In this document: piece after piece, positions 38,933 to 48,883 of the stretch | Layout of the letters: each line of letters begins with the position of its first letter | Position numbering within the stretch: the stretch's first letter is position 1 | Assembly: GCA_016206925.1 (NCBI GenBank) | Contig: JACQQS010000070.1 | Span: forward strand, 1,899-65,898 | Reading direction: 5' to 3' | Origin: Candidatus Omnitrophota bacterium | Lineage (GTDB): Bacteria; Omnitrophota; Omnitrophia; Omnitrophales; JACQQS01 | Length of the DNA stretch: 64,000 bases | Notes under the pieces: generated by a model | What the model saw: the letters and a program-made list of their open reading frames with translations, nothing else | Told to the model about the DNA's origin: nothing | The model's database searches: none | Made by a program: the position numbers and the translations under genes

Positions 38933-39682
38933 ATGACGACCATGGTGCAGGAAAAAAATGTAACGGTGCCTAAAAAAGGTAAACAGATTTATGAAGGCAA
39001 GGCCAAGAAACTTTTTGAGACGGACAATCCTGACCTTGTGATTCAGGAGTTCAAAGACGATGCCACTGCTTTTAACGCGAAGAAGCGGGGGACCATCGTC
39101 GGAAAAGGTGTAATCAACAACAAAATTTCAGCCATGCTTTTTCAGCTTCTGGAGAAAGAAAGTGTTCCAACGCATTTCGTAAAACTTCTCTCGGACCGCG
39201 AAATGCTGGTGAAGCGCCTTGAGATTGTGAAGGTCGAGATGACCATCCGGAATATTGCCGCGGGAGGACTTACTCGCACCACCGGAATTCCGGAGGGCAC
39301 GAAGCTGAAAAAGCCTGTGCTCGAATACCACTACAAATCCGACGAGTTGGACGATCCGCTTATCAACATGGATCATATACGTGAGTTAGGCATTGCGACG
39401 GAAGAGGAAATGAAGCAGATCGACAAAATGACGCTCAAAGTCAATGAATTGCTGAAAGCTTTCTTCGCGAAGGCCAAAATTGACTTGATCGATTTTAAGC
39501 TTGAATTCGGACGCCATCACGGAAAGATATTGCTCGGCGACGAGATTTCGCCGGACACCTGCCGTTTTTGGGAACAGGGCACGGGGCGGAAGCTGGACAA
39601 GGACCGTTTTCGCCGCGATTTGGGAGATGTGGAAGGCGCTTACGAAGAAATGCTCAAACGAGTTTCTGAGAAGTTAAGTTGA
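38933..39682 (+). CDS. purC: Phosphoribosylaminoimidazole-succinocarboxamide (SAICAR) synthase
   Basis: YEGKAKK.F.T, ..FKDD.TAFN..K and [21 protein letters not shown] match PurC. Confidence 0.95.
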   Translation: MTTMVQEKNVTVPKKGKQIYEGKAKKLFETDNPDLVIQEFKDDATAFNAKKRGTIVGKGVINNKISAMLFQLLEKESVPTHFVKLLSDREMLVKRLEIVKVEMTIRNIAAGGLTRTTGIPEGTKLKKPVLEYHYKSDELDDPLINMDHIRELGIATEEEMKQIDKMTLKVNELLKAFFAKAKIDLIDFKLEFGRHHGKILLGDEISPDTCRFWEQGTGRKLDKDRFRRDLGDVEGAYEEMLKRVSEKLS

Positions 39683-39689
39683 AGCGGTT

Positions 39690-39944
39690 ATGACTCAATT
39701 TAAAGCTCGAGTTTATGTTCAGCTAAAACCTTCGGTGCTCGATCCCCAGGGAAAAGCGATCGAGCATGCTCTTTCGGCGCTCGGCTTTTCGGCGGCCAAG
39801 AATGTTCGTGTCGGAAAATATTTTGATTTGGAAGTGAATGCCGATTCCAAGGAAGCGGCCGAAAAGCGTCTCGGCGAAATGGCGCACACACTTTTGGCCA
39901 ACCCGGTCATAGAAAATTTTTCCGTGAGCCTGGATATGAATTAG
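39690..39944 (+). CDS. purS: FGAM synthase subunit PurS
   Basis: An 84-aa protein with V.V.LKPSVLDPQGKAIEHAL..LGF and .VRVGK.F.L, placed before purQ-purL. Confidence 0.9.
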   Translation: MTQFKARVYVQLKPSVLDPQGKAIEHALSALGFSAAKNVRVGKYFDLEVNADSKEAAEKRLGEMAHTLLANPVIENFSVSLDMN

Positions 39945-39946
39945 AT

Positions 39947-40069
39947 GAAATTCGAATGTCGAAATTCGAAACAAATTTAAATTTCAAATGTTCGAATGAC
40001 CAAAAAAGCCGTTTTGAACATTAGGATTTTGGTCATTGGGATTTGTTTCGGATTTGGTGCTTAGGATTT
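39947..40069 (+). repeat. Compound intercistronic hairpin built from short word repeats
   Basis: The left arm has direct repeats GAAATTCGAA (39947, 39961; period 14). The right arm has four GGATTT words (40024, 40039, 40050, 40064). The outer stem pairs 39962-39976 with 40041-40055 (15 bp, 1 GU). The inner stem pairs 39995-40005 with 40027-40037 (11 bp, perfect). An alternative 10-bp stem pairs 39987-39996 with 40013-40022. Confidence 0.65.
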
Positions 40070-40072
40070 GAT

Positions 40073-40765
40073 ATGAATGCGGTAGTAGTGGTATTTCCCG
40101 GTTCCAACTGCGATGCGGATTGTTTTCATGCATTGTCGGAAGTCATGGGCAGTCGCGTGAAGTTTGTGTGGCATAAAGAACGCGATCTTCCCAAGACGGA
40201 TGTGGTTGTATTGCCCGGAGGATTCAGTTACGGCGACTACCTTCGCACGGGCGCCATTGCGCGGTTTTCTCCCATTATGAGCGAGGTGAGGCGGCATGCC
40301 GAAAAAGACCGGCCTGTTGTCGGTATATGCAATGGGTTTCAGATTTTATTGGAGGCCGGATTACTTCCCGGAGCGATGCTTCGAAACCGATCGCTCAAGT
40401 TTTCCTGCAAGTTTGTCCATATTCAGGTGGCCAATAACCAGACCATGTTTACAAAAGCTTACCGCAAGCATCAAATATTAAAGATGCCCATCGCGCACGG
40501 CGAAGGCAATTATTTCTGCGACCATGACACGTTGAAGGAATTAAGAGAGAAGGGTCGCATCGCTTTCCGTTATGTTACCGAGAACGGAGAAGCGACAGAC
40601 CGCGCAAATCCCAACGGTTCCATGGACAACATCGCCGGTATTTTCAATGAACGGAAGAATATTTTGGGCATGATGCCGCATCCCGAAAGGGCTTCAGAGG
40701 GTGTCCTGAGTTCGACCGATGGCCAGGGTATTTGGGAATCGCTGGCGGAATGTGTAGGTGTTTGA
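40073..40765 (+). CDS. purQ: FGAM synthase glutaminase subunit PurQ
   Basis: I prefer ATG 40073 over 40043. [22 protein letters not shown], nucleophile elbow GICNGFQIL and MPHPER. Confidence 0.95.
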   Translation: MNAVVVVFPGSNCDADCFHALSEVMGSRVKFVWHKERDLPKTDVVVLPGGFSYGDYLRTGAIARFSPIMSEVRRHAEKDRPVVGICNGFQILLEAGLLPGAMLRNRSLKFSCKFVHIQVANNQTMFTKAYRKHQILKMPIAHGEGNYFCDHDTLKELREKGRIAFRYVTENGEATDRANPNGSMDNIAGIFNERKNILGMMPHPERASEGVLSSTDGQGIWESLAECVGV

Positions 40766-43001
40766 TTCTATGATGGTTCCTGTAGAAATCGACGAAAGGC
40801 TGATTGAAAAGCACGGCATAACGCCGGAAGAATATGCCCGCATAAAATCCATCCTCGGCCGGGAGCCGAATTTTACGGAACTCGGGATTTTTAGCGTCAT
40901 GTGGAGCGAGCATTGCAGCTACAAGAATTCCAAGCCGGTGCTGAAGCTTTTCCCGACAGAGGGCAGTAAAATTCTTGTGAAAGCGGGGCAGGAAAATGCC
41001 GGCGCCGTGGATATCGGCAAAGGTCAGGCGGTTGTGTTTAAAATCGAAAGTCATAACCATCCTTCAGCGGTCGAACCTTTTCAGGGAGCGGCCACGGGCG
41101 TGGGAGGCATTCTCCGCGATATCTTTACGATGGGTGCCCGCCCGATCCTTTTGATGGATTCACTCAGGTTTGGCCGGCTTGAGTCTCCGTCCACAAAGCA
41201 TCTATTCAGCGGGGTCATTTCCGGAATAGCGCATTACGGGAATTGCATGGGTATTCCGACTGTCGGAGGGGAAATTTATTTTGACGATGCTTATGAAGGA
41301 AATCCACTCGTCAATGTATTGGCTCTCGGCATTATTGAACATAAAAAGCTAGTTAAGGGTGCCGCGAAAGGTGAAGGTAACCCCGTGTATTATGTCGGGG
41401 CGGCAACGGGCCGGGACGGTTTGGGCGGTGCCAGTTTTGCGTCCCGAGAGTTAACAGAGGAGAGCCATGAAGATCGGCCGGCTGTACAGGTGGGCGACCC
41501 CTTTTTGGAGAAGCTTTTGATGGAAGCATGTTTGGAATTGATCGAAACCGGTGCTGTTGTAGGAATGCAGGACATGGGCGCGGCGGGGCTTACGTGTTCA
41601 ACCTGTGAAACGGCGGCGCGCGGCAATGCAGGCATTGAAATTGATTTACAACTTGTTCCGCGCCGGGAAACAGGGATGATTCCCTATGAAGTCATGCTAT
41701 CCGAAAGCCAGGAACGCATGTTGATCATCGTACAGGACAGCAAAAGACGCACTGTGGAGCAAATCTTCGACAAGTGGGACTTGCACGCGGTGCCGATCGG
41801 ACATGTGAAATCCGGGAGCAAAATGATTGTCCGGGACGGAGAGGAGACCGTTGCGGATATTCCGGCGAAGGCATTGACGGACGAGGGGCCCGTCTATCAC
41901 CGCGAGTTAAAAGAACCCGAATATTACGAGGAAGCAAAGCACTTCAATGTTGAGAATGTAAGCATCCCCAGAAATATGGGCAATGTACTCAAGCAGCTTC
42001 TGAGTTCGCTGAGCATCGCTTCGAAAGAATGGGTCTATGAGCAATATGATCATATGGTCAAGACGGACACGGTGTTGCTGCCCGGCCATGATGCGGCGCT
42101 CGTGCGTGTTAAAGGCAGACGGATCGGAATTGCGGTGTCCACCGACTGTAACGGTCTTTACACATATTTGGATCCCTATGAGGGTGGAAAGCACGCGGTG
42201 GCCGAAGCGGCGAGAAATGTGGTCTGCTCGGGCGCCAAGCCCGTGGCCATTACCAATTGTTTGAATTTCGGTAGTCCGATGAAACCGGAGATATTTTGGC
42301 AGTTTCGCCGCGCAGTCGAAGGTATGCGTGATGCGTGTCTGAAGTTCCATACGCCGGTCACGGGCGGAAACGTCAGTTTTTATAATGAAAGTCCGAGCGG
42401 CACCGTGTATCCGACTCCCGTGGTCGGAATGGTTGGAATTCTGGATGATATCGAGCATCGCATTCCATCGTTTTTCCAGAAGCCGGGCGATGAAATATTT
42501 CTCATGGGGCGGACCGGAAATGACCTGGGCGCGACTCAATATCTTGCCGTAGTGCACGGAATTAAGTCGGGGGTTGTGCCGGTACTGGATCTGGAGCGTG
42601 AAGCGCTCTTGCATGAATTCATGCTGGCGGCCGGCCGCGAATCGCTTTTGGCTTCTGCACATGATGTTTCCGACGGGGGTTTGGCGGTGGCATTGGCCGA
42701 ATGTCTTTTCGGCGTTCGCGGGAAACCGCTCGGAGCATACCTCAATCTGACGGAATTGAAGGAAACGGGAATCAGGGCTGATGCGATTCTCTTCGGAGAA
42801 ACAGCTTCCCGCGTTTTGGTCAGTGTCGAGCCAAAGAAACAGAAGAAACTGGAAAGACTTGCCAATCAGGCCGGAATAGAATGTTATCATATCGGCCGTG
42901 TTACGGAAGAGCAATTGCGGATCGACAAGTACATTCACGAGCTGAGTCTGGAACTGGAAATGCTTTACCGAAGCGCGATCAGAAAAGCCATGGGGGAATA
43001 A
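40758..43001 (+). CDS. purL: FGAM synthase II (PurL, small form)
   Basis: [42 protein letters not shown] and the duplicated AIR-synthase-like fold. It overlaps purQ by 8 nt. Confidence 0.95.
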   Translation: MFDSMMVPVEIDERLIEKHGITPEEYARIKSILGREPNFTELGIFSVMWSEHCSYKNSKPVLKLFPTEGSKILVKAGQENAGAVDIGKGQAVVFKIESHNHPSAVEPFQGAATGVGGILRDIFTMGARPILLMDSLRFGRLESPSTKHLFSGVISGIAHYGNCMGIPTVGGEIYFDDAYEGNPLVNVLALGIIEHKKLVKGAAKGEGNPVYYVGAATGRDGLGGASFASRELTEESHEDRPAVQVGDPFLEKLLMEACLELIETGAVVGMQDMGAAGLTCSTCETAARGNAGIEIDLQLVPRRETGMIPYEVMLSESQERMLIIVQDSKRRTVEQIFDKWDLHAVPIGHVKSGSKMIVRDGEETVADIPAKALTDEGPVYHRELKEPEYYEEAKHFNVENVSIPRNMGNVLKQLLSSLSIASKEWVYEQYDHMVKTDTVLLPGHDAALVRVKGRRIGIAVSTDCNGLYTYLDPYEGGKHAVAEAARNVVCSGAKPVAITNCLNFGSPMKPEIFWQFRRAVEGMRDACLKFHTPVTGGNVSFYNESPSGTVYPTPVVGMVGILDDIEHRIPSFFQKPGDEIFLMGRTGNDLGATQYLAVVHGIKSGVVPVLDLEREALLHEFMLAAGRESLLASAHDVSDGGLAVALAECLFGVRGKPLGAYLNLTELKETGIRADAILFGETASRVLVSVEPKKQKKLERLANQAGIECYHIGRVTEEQLRIDKYIHELSLELEMLYRSAIRKAMGE

Positions 43002-43010
43002 CATTCATGC

Positions 43011-43077
43011 GAAACGAGCAACAAGAAACGAGTAACGTAAGACGTTCTTGTTACACGTTACGTGTTACTCGTTACTC
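43011..43077 (+). repeat. Intercistronic hairpin(s) with 14-nt and 7-nt word periodicity
   Basis: The left arm has GAAACGAG at 43011 and 43025 (period 14). The right arm has four tandem heptamers GTTACAC GTTACGT GTTACTC GTTACTC (43050-43077). Stem H2 pairs 43027-43038 with 43062-43073 (10 WC + 2 GU). Stem H1 pairs 43021-43030 with 43043-43051 (9 bp, 1 bulge). The two stems share 43027-43030, so they compete. Confidence 0.65.
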
Positions 43078-43092
43078 AGAAGGTTCGTGCAA

Positions 43093-44526
43093 ATGAATTC
43101 CGAGATATTGCATTTTGACGATCATCCGAGAGAGGAGTGCGGCGTATTCGGTATTTATGGTCATCCGCGCGCAGCCGAGATAACCTATCTCGGACTTTTT
43201 GCGCTGCAGCATCGCGGGGAAGAAAGCGCCGGTATTGTAACGAGTGACGGTGAGGACCTAAAAATTGTGCGCGGCTTGGGTCTGGTGAGCGACGCATTCA
43301 CGCAGGAGAATTTGGCGGGTCTCAAAGGAAATTCCGCAATAGGCCACGTTCGTTATTCCACAACGGGTTCGACGCTGCTTAAGAACGCTCAGCCACAGCT
43401 TGTCGAGTATTCCCGAGGCCAACTGGCGGTAGCGCACAATGGAAACATAACGAATGCGCGCCGGCTTCGCGATGAACTCGAAGCCTATGGTTCGATTTTT
43501 CAAAGCACGGTGGATTCGGAAATCATTATTCATTTAATGGCTAAGCCTACCTACCGAAATCGAGAGGAAAGTCTTGCCGGCTCACTGAACCGGCTGGAAG
43601 GGGCGTTTACGCTGGTCATGCTTACCGAAAGCGAAATGATCGGCGTGCGCGATCCCCATGGATTCCGCCCGTTGATATTGGGCAAGCTGGACGGGGGCTG
43701 GGTGCTGGCCAGCGAAACCTGCGCGCTGGATCTGATCGGCGCACAATTTGAAAGAGAAATTAATTCGGGTGAAGTTGTCATGATTGATCAAAAAGGACTT
43801 CGCAGCATTTATCCTTTCAGCGAAAAGCCTCTAACGCTTGCGCATTGCATATTCGAGCATGTTTATTTTGCCCGGCCCGATTCCGACATTTTCGGTCAAA
43901 ATGTCGGTCAAGTCAGAGAACGTCTCGGTATGGAATTGGCCAGGGAACACCCGGCCAAGGCGGATATCGTGATTGCCGTTCCGGATTCCGGAAATTTTGC
44001 AGCGCTTGGGTATGCCCGGCAAAGCGGAATTCCCATGGCCTCAGGCATTATGCGTAACCACTACATCGGACGGACATTCATAAACCCGTCGCAGTCCTCG
44101 CGGGAGTTTAATGTGCGGATCAAGTTAAATCCTATTCGCGCCGTGCTTCAGGGGAAACGGGTCATTGTCGTTGATGATTCAATCGTCAGGGGCAATACGG
44201 CCAGGTATCGCGTTAAATCCATCCGGGAAGCGGGCGCCAAAGAAGTTCACCTGAGAATCAGCTGCCCGCCCATCCGTTATCCGTGTTACTTTGGGATCGA
44301 TTTCCCTGATCCGGGTGAGCTGATTGCCAATTCCAAAAGCGTGGAAGAGATTGAGAAATTTCTGACTGTGGATTCCTTGGGTTATATCAGCAAGGAAGGA
44401 TTTATCCGGGCGGTAACGCAGGGTAAGAAAAATGATTATTGCACGGCATGCTTTTTCGGAAATTATCCCGTGGAAGTCGAGGAACGATTGGACAAATTTT
44501 TTATGGAAAGGAAGAAGAGATTATAA
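43093..44526 (+). CDS. purF: Amidophosphoribosyltransferase (propeptide + 4Fe-4S type)
   Basis: I prefer ATG 43093 over 43048. The catalytic Cys lies in CGVFGIYG after a 15-residue leader, so an N-terminal propeptide is implied. PRTase loop VIVVDDSIVRG.T. C-terminal Cys ligands (CYFGID.....CTACF.G.YP). Confidence 0.95.
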   Translation: MNSEILHFDDHPREECGVFGIYGHPRAAEITYLGLFALQHRGEESAGIVTSDGEDLKIVRGLGLVSDAFTQENLAGLKGNSAIGHVRYSTTGSTLLKNAQPQLVEYSRGQLAVAHNGNITNARRLRDELEAYGSIFQSTVDSEIIIHLMAKPTYRNREESLAGSLNRLEGAFTLVMLTESEMIGVRDPHGFRPLILGKLDGGWVLASETCALDLIGAQFEREINSGEVVMIDQKGLRSIYPFSEKPLTLAHCIFEHVYFARPDSDIFGQNVGQVRERLGMELAREHPAKADIVIAVPDSGNFAALGYARQSGIPMASGIMRNHYIGRTFINPSQSSREFNVRIKLNPIRAVLQGKRVIVVDDSIVRGNTARYRVKSIREAGAKEVHLRISCPPIRYPCYFGIDFPDPGELIANSKSVEEIEKFLTVDSLGYISKEGFIRAVTQGKKNDYCTACFFGNYPVEVEERLDKFFMERKKRL

Positions 44527-45545
44527 TGCGCCACACCATAACACGCGCGGCTGCGATGACGTATAGGCGCGCCGGTGTGAATGTTGATACGGCCAATCGT
44601 CTGGTTACGGACATCAAGCGCATGGTGCGAAGCACTCCTCAGCGCGGAGTTGTTTTGGGCATTGGCGGGTTTGCGGCTGTATTTGACATGCTGAAGAAAG
44701 TTCCGGCCGGTTCTTATCTGGTGTCTTCAACGGACGGCGTCGGCACCAAACTGGAAATTGCAAAGCTCAGGAATGACCACAAGACTGTAGGCATCGACCT
44801 GGTGGCTATGTGCGTAAACGATTTGATTACGGTCGGGGCCGAGCCCTTATTTTTTCTCGATTATTACGCCTGCGGAAAATTGCAACCGAGGCAGTTTCGT
44901 GAGGTCATCCGCGGAATTGTAGAAGGCTGTAAGCAGGCGGATTGCGCGCTAATTGGTGGAGAGACGGCGGAGATGCCGGGCATGTATTCCAACGGAACCT
45001 ATGACCTGGCTGGTTTTGCCGTAGGCGCCGTTTGGCCTAGAAATATCCCAAAACCGGAAAAAATCCGCGCAGGTGATTTACTTCTTGGATTTGCCTCAAG
45101 CGGCGTTCACAGCAACGGTTTTTCCCTGGTGAGGAAAATTTTCTCTGCCGGCCAGCTCCGGGGAACGGTCGGTAAGCGGCTTTTGACACCTACCGTTATT
45201 TATGTAAACGCCATGCGAAATTTGAGAAAGGCTGTTAAGATAAAAGGATTAATTCATGTTACAGGCGGCGGTTTTTATGACAACATCCCCCGTGTTTTCC
45301 CAAAAGATGTTGGGGCCTGGATTCGCAGGGGAAGTTGGCCAATTCCGGAAATTTTCGAAATCATTCAGCGAAAAGGAAAAATCCCTGAGCGTGAAATGTT
45401 TCGAACATTTAATATGGGTATAGGAATGATTGCGGTGCTGGATCCCCGGGAAATCGCGCGGGCAAAAAATTTGCTCCGCCGTTCCGGAATAAAGAGCTGG
45501 ATCATCGGTGAAATCTGCAAAGGCAGGGGAGTTGTTTTCGGATGA
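44526..45545 (+). CDS. purM: Phosphoribosylformylglycinamidine cyclo-ligase (AIR synthetase)
   Basis: I prefer ATG 44526 (TAATG overlap with the purF stop) over 44439. Y..AGV..D, STDGVGTK, DLVAMCVNDL and GGETAEMPG. Confidence 0.95.
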   Translation: MRHTITRAAAMTYRRAGVNVDTANRLVTDIKRMVRSTPQRGVVLGIGGFAAVFDMLKKVPAGSYLVSSTDGVGTKLEIAKLRNDHKTVGIDLVAMCVNDLITVGAEPLFFLDYYACGKLQPRQFREVIRGIVEGCKQADCALIGGETAEMPGMYSNGTYDLAGFAVGAVWPRNIPKPEKIRAGDLLLGFASSGVHSNGFSLVRKIFSAGQLRGTVGKRLLTPTVIYVNAMRNLRKAVKIKGLIHVTGGGFYDNIPRVFPKDVGAWIRRGSWPIPEIFEIIQRKGKIPEREMFRTFNMGIGMIAVLDPREIARAKNLLRRSGIKSWIIGEICKGRGVVFG

Positions 45546-46834
45546 AAATCTTAATCGTGGGCTCCGGCGGGCGTGAACATGCCGTTACATGGAAGGTAGT
45601 CAAGAGTCCGTTGGTACAAAAAACTTTTGTTGCTCCGGGGAATGCGGGCATTGCGGACTTGGCAGAATGCGTTGACATCAAGCCGGACGATATCGAGGGC
45701 CTTTTGGCATTTGCCAGGCGCGAGCATATTGATTTGACGATCGTAGGCCCGGAATCGCCTTTGGTTGCCGGGATTGTAGACCGGTTTCGTTCGGAAGGGC
45801 TTAAAATTTTCGGGCCGGAGAAAGCCGCGGCTGAGCTCGAAGGATCCAAGGTATTCAGCAAATCGATCATGAAAAAGTTTGGCGTTCCCACCGCTGAATA
45901 CCGCGTATTTGAAAGCGTTAACGATGCGAAGCAATATATCGTGGAATGCGAACCGCCCATTGTAGTGAAAGCGGACGGTCTGGCCGCGGGCAAGGGTGTT
46001 TTGGTGTGCGGTTCGGCGGAAGAAGGCGTGTGTGCCGTAAACGATTTAATCGAACAGCGGATCTTCGGCGAGGCCGGAAAAAGAGTTGTCATTGAACAGC
46101 ATCTTCGGGGTGAGGAATTGTCGATCCTTGCGTTTACGGATGGAAAGCAAATCCTTCCCCTGGCCAGCGCGCAGGACCATAAAAGGGTATTCGATGATGA
46201 CCGCGGTCCGAACACCGGCGGAATGGGCGCTTATTCACCTTGCCCACTCGTTCATGAAAATCAGATTGGTACGGTGGTCGAAAAAACCATTCGTCCGGTG
46301 ATTGACGGACTTCGTAGAGAGGGGATTCTTTACACGGGCGTAATTTATGCAGGTCTCATGATGACGGAAAAAGGCCCTTTTGTTTTGGAGTACAATTGCC
46401 GGTTCGGCGATCCGGAGACGCAGGCCATTTTGCCGAGACTTAAAGATGATATTGTTCCCGTTTTTCTACAGGTGGCCGAGAAGGATCTTGGACAACGTAC
46501 GCTGGAATGGGATTCAAGGGCCTGCGTCTCCGTCGTCATGGCTTCGGGCGGATATCCGGGCGCATACAAAAAGGGCTTTATCATTAAAGGTCTTGATGAA
46601 TTGAAGCACAAGCGTGATGTGATCGTATTTCATGCCGGTACGAGCCGGGGCGCGGAAAGGCAATATTTAACAGACGGGGGTCGTGTTTTGGCGGTTTCTG
46701 CGCTCGGTGCAGACGTTCGCGAGGCACGGGAACGGGCTTATCAAACGGTGGACATCATTTTCTTTCGCGAAGCGCATTATAGAAAAGACATCGGCTTAAA
46801 AGCTTTAAAACAGGGAGAGGCGGTGCGTCCATGA
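45542..46834 (+). CDS. purD: Phosphoribosylamine--glycine ligase
   Basis: MKILIVGSGGREHA, PGNAG, VVKADGLAAGKGV and EYN.RFGDPETQ. ATGA overlap with purM. Confidence 0.95.
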   Translation: MKILIVGSGGREHAVTWKVVKSPLVQKTFVAPGNAGIADLAECVDIKPDDIEGLLAFARREHIDLTIVGPESPLVAGIVDRFRSEGLKIFGPEKAAAELEGSKVFSKSIMKKFGVPTAEYRVFESVNDAKQYIVECEPPIVVKADGLAAGKGVLVCGSAEEGVCAVNDLIEQRIFGEAGKRVVIEQHLRGEELSILAFTDGKQILPLASAQDHKRVFDDDRGPNTGGMGAYSPCPLVHENQIGTVVEKTIRPVIDGLRREGILYTGVIYAGLMMTEKGPFVLEYNCRFGDPETQAILPRLKDDIVPVFLQVAEKDLGQRTLEWDSRACVSVVMASGGYPGAYKKGFIIKGLDELKHKRDVIVFHAGTSRGAERQYLTDGGRVLAVSALGADVREARERAYQTVDIIFFREAHYRKDIGLKALKQGEAVRP

Positions 46835-47334
46835 AGTCTCCGGAAGTTGCGGTACTCTTGGGCAGCGATTCCGATTTGCCGTTGATCGAGCCCGGGCTTG
46901 AGATATTCAAGAAATTCGGTATTTCTTATAAGGTGATGGTTTGTTCTGCCCATCGCAGTCCAGAGCTGGTGAGAGATTTTGTTTCGAAGGCAAAGGGGGA
47001 GGGGATTAAAGTTCTGATCGCCGCGGCGGGCGGCGCCGCGCATTTGGCGGGCGTGCTTGCCGCGCACAGTATCCTGCCCGTGATTGGGATTCCGATACCA
47101 ACGAAGGAACTGGGCGGCATGGACTCACTGCTTTCAACCGTGCAAATGCCGAGCGGTGTTCCCGTGGCCACGGTTGCCGTCGGGAAAGCCGGAGCCATCA
47201 ATGCGGCGGTTTTGGCCGCGCAGATTTTGGCTTTAAATAGTCTCGAGCTTAGCACGAAGCTTATGGATTACAAAAAAGATCTTGAGGAAGGCGTAAAACA
47301 GAAGAATGAAAATTTGAAATCTGCCGGGAAGTAA
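46831..47334 (+). CDS. purE: N5-carboxyaminoimidazole ribonucleotide mutase
   Basis: V..GSDSDLP, SAHR.P, AAAGGAAHL.GV.AA and PVIG.P match PurE. ATGA overlap with purD. Confidence 0.95.
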   Translation: MKSPEVAVLLGSDSDLPLIEPGLEIFKKFGISYKVMVCSAHRSPELVRDFVSKAKGEGIKVLIAAAGGAAHLAGVLAAHSILPVIGIPIPTKELGGMDSLLSTVQMPSGVPVATVAVGKAGAINAAVLAAQILALNSLELSTKLMDYKKDLEEGVKQKNENLKSAGK

Positions 47335-47426
47335 ACAGCTAAGATTACATTCGAGAGGATGATATTGCAACTCAGGAGGTAAAAACACAAGTCTGGCAAA
47401 CCGATCCGGGCCGAATCGACCATCGC

Positions 47427-48437
47427 ATGATCCGGGAGGCGGCCTCTCTGCTCCATTTGGGAAAACTGGTCATATTTCCGACAGAAACGGTTTACGGTAT
47501 CGCGGCGGCTATTTCGCAGAAGGAAGCGGCTGATCGGATCTACGAATTAAAGAACCGGCCGCCCGACAAGCCGCTTACTTGGCATGTCGCCGATTATGAT
47601 TATTTGAACAAGCAGGGCATAATGCTTTCACCGCTTGCGCGTGAGCTTAGCCGGCGGTTTTTGCCGGGCCCTTTAACCGTCATTGTAGCGGGCCAAAATA
47701 ATCAAACGGTGGGGCTTCGATTTCCGGATCACCCGGTTGCGCAGGCGTTGATAGAATCCGCAGGAGAGCCTCTTTTGGCCACGAGCGTAAATAAATCCGG
47801 GGACGAAGCTATTGCTTCCGGAAAAAAGGCGGCACGGCTTTTTAACGGCCGGGTTGACCTGGTTTTGGACAGCGGCGTCACCAGGTTTGGAATTGACTCA
47901 ACGGTCATTGATCTTACAAAGGATGAGCCGGCTATTCTCCGGCGCGGGCCATGGGTTAACGATATTGAGGAATTTATCAAAGAAGTTTCTTCCAGACCGA
48001 ATGTTGAGACCGAGCATATTCTTTTTGTCTGTACGGGAAATACCTGCCGCTCCGTAATGGCCGCCGGCTGGCTTTCTGCCGAAATTAAGCGGCGGGGCTT
48101 TCAAAATAAAATGTCTGTGGCGTCTTGCGGAACATCGGCAACGGAAGGTATGCCTGCCACACTCGAGGCGATTCAGGTGGTTCGCGCTTCCGGGGGTGAA
48201 ATATCCGGGCATCGGGCGCGCGGTTTGACCAAAAAACTTCTTCAAGATGCAACAAAGATTTTTGCAATGACCAGTTCCCATGTTGACGCCATCGTTAGAT
48301 TGGATTCACGCGCCGCATCAAAGGTTACTGTGCTGGGCATTCAGGATCCGCTGGGCAGCGATCTTAAGGTATATAAGGAAACACTGGAAGCATTGAAGCA
48401 AAACTTAAGGAAGTCCCTGACATGGCTCGCAGAGTAG
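47427..48437 (+). CDS. Fusion of L-threonylcarbamoyladenylate synthase (YrdC/Sua5 domain) with a low-molecular-weight protein phosphatase
   Basis: The N-terminal half is YrdC (G.LVIFPTETVYGIAA, GPLT.I, SVNKSG, DST.ID). The C-terminal half is LMW-PTP (ILFVCTGNTCRS P-loop, D-loop IQDPLG). The true N-terminus may lie upstream (see findings). Confidence 0.85.
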   Translation: MIREAASLLHLGKLVIFPTETVYGIAAAISQKEAADRIYELKNRPPDKPLTWHVADYDYLNKQGIMLSPLARELSRRFLPGPLTVIVAGQNNQTVGLRFPDHPVAQALIESAGEPLLATSVNKSGDEAIASGKKAARLFNGRVDLVLDSGVTRFGIDSTVIDLTKDEPAILRRGPWVNDIEEFIKEVSSRPNVETEHILFVCTGNTCRSVMAAGWLSAEIKRRGFQNKMSVASCGTSATEGMPATLEAIQVVRASGGEISGHRARGLTKKLLQDATKIFAMTSSHVDAIVRLDSRAASKVTVLGIQDPLGSDLKVYKETLEALKQNLRKSLTWLAE

Positions 48438-48883
48438 CCGTGGGCGCAGATCACGGCGGCTTCGAACTTAAAGGGATACTTATTGATTTTTTGAACTCAA
48501 AGGGATATATCGTAAAGGATTTTGGAACCTTTTCGGCGGATTCCTGCGATTACCCTGATTACAGTTTTTCAACAAGTGAGGCCGTTGCCGGAGGCGAGTT
48601 TGACTTTGGCCTTTTGATTTGCAGGTCCGGCATCGGCATGGCCATTTGTGCAAACAAGGTGCCGGGCATACGCGCGGGCTGTTGCGAGAATACTGCCCAG
48701 GCAAAGCGGGCCCGCCGGCATAATGATGCCAATGTGCTGGTACTGGCTGGAGATTATGTAAATAACGAGACTGCAAAAGAGGTGCTGCTGATGTTTTTGG
48801 AGACACCTTTTGAAGGCGGTCGACACCTGCGAAGGGTGAAACTCATAAATGATTACGATGCAAAACGTATCTCACACCGCTAA
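48422..48883 (+). CDS. rpiB: Ribose-5-phosphate isomerase B
   Basis: [29 protein letters not shown] and R.HNDANVL are RpiB/LacAB motifs. Confidence 0.9.
   Translation: MARRVAVGADHGGFELKGILIDFLNSKGYIVKDFGTFSADSCDYPDYSFSTSEAVAGGEFDFGLLICRSGIGMAICANKVPGIRAGCCENTAQAKRARRHNDANVLVLAGDYVNNETAKEVLLMFLETPFEGGRHLRRVKLINDYDAKRISHR

Noticed and set aside
41907-43004. A 365-aa ORF on the - strand.
   Set aside because: It is antisense to purL and shows no recognisable motifs. It is a shadow ORF.
45502-46215. A 237-aa ORF on the - strand.
   Set aside because: It is antisense to purD (and the purM end), is low-complexity and Ser/Pro/Ala-rich, and is a shadow ORF.
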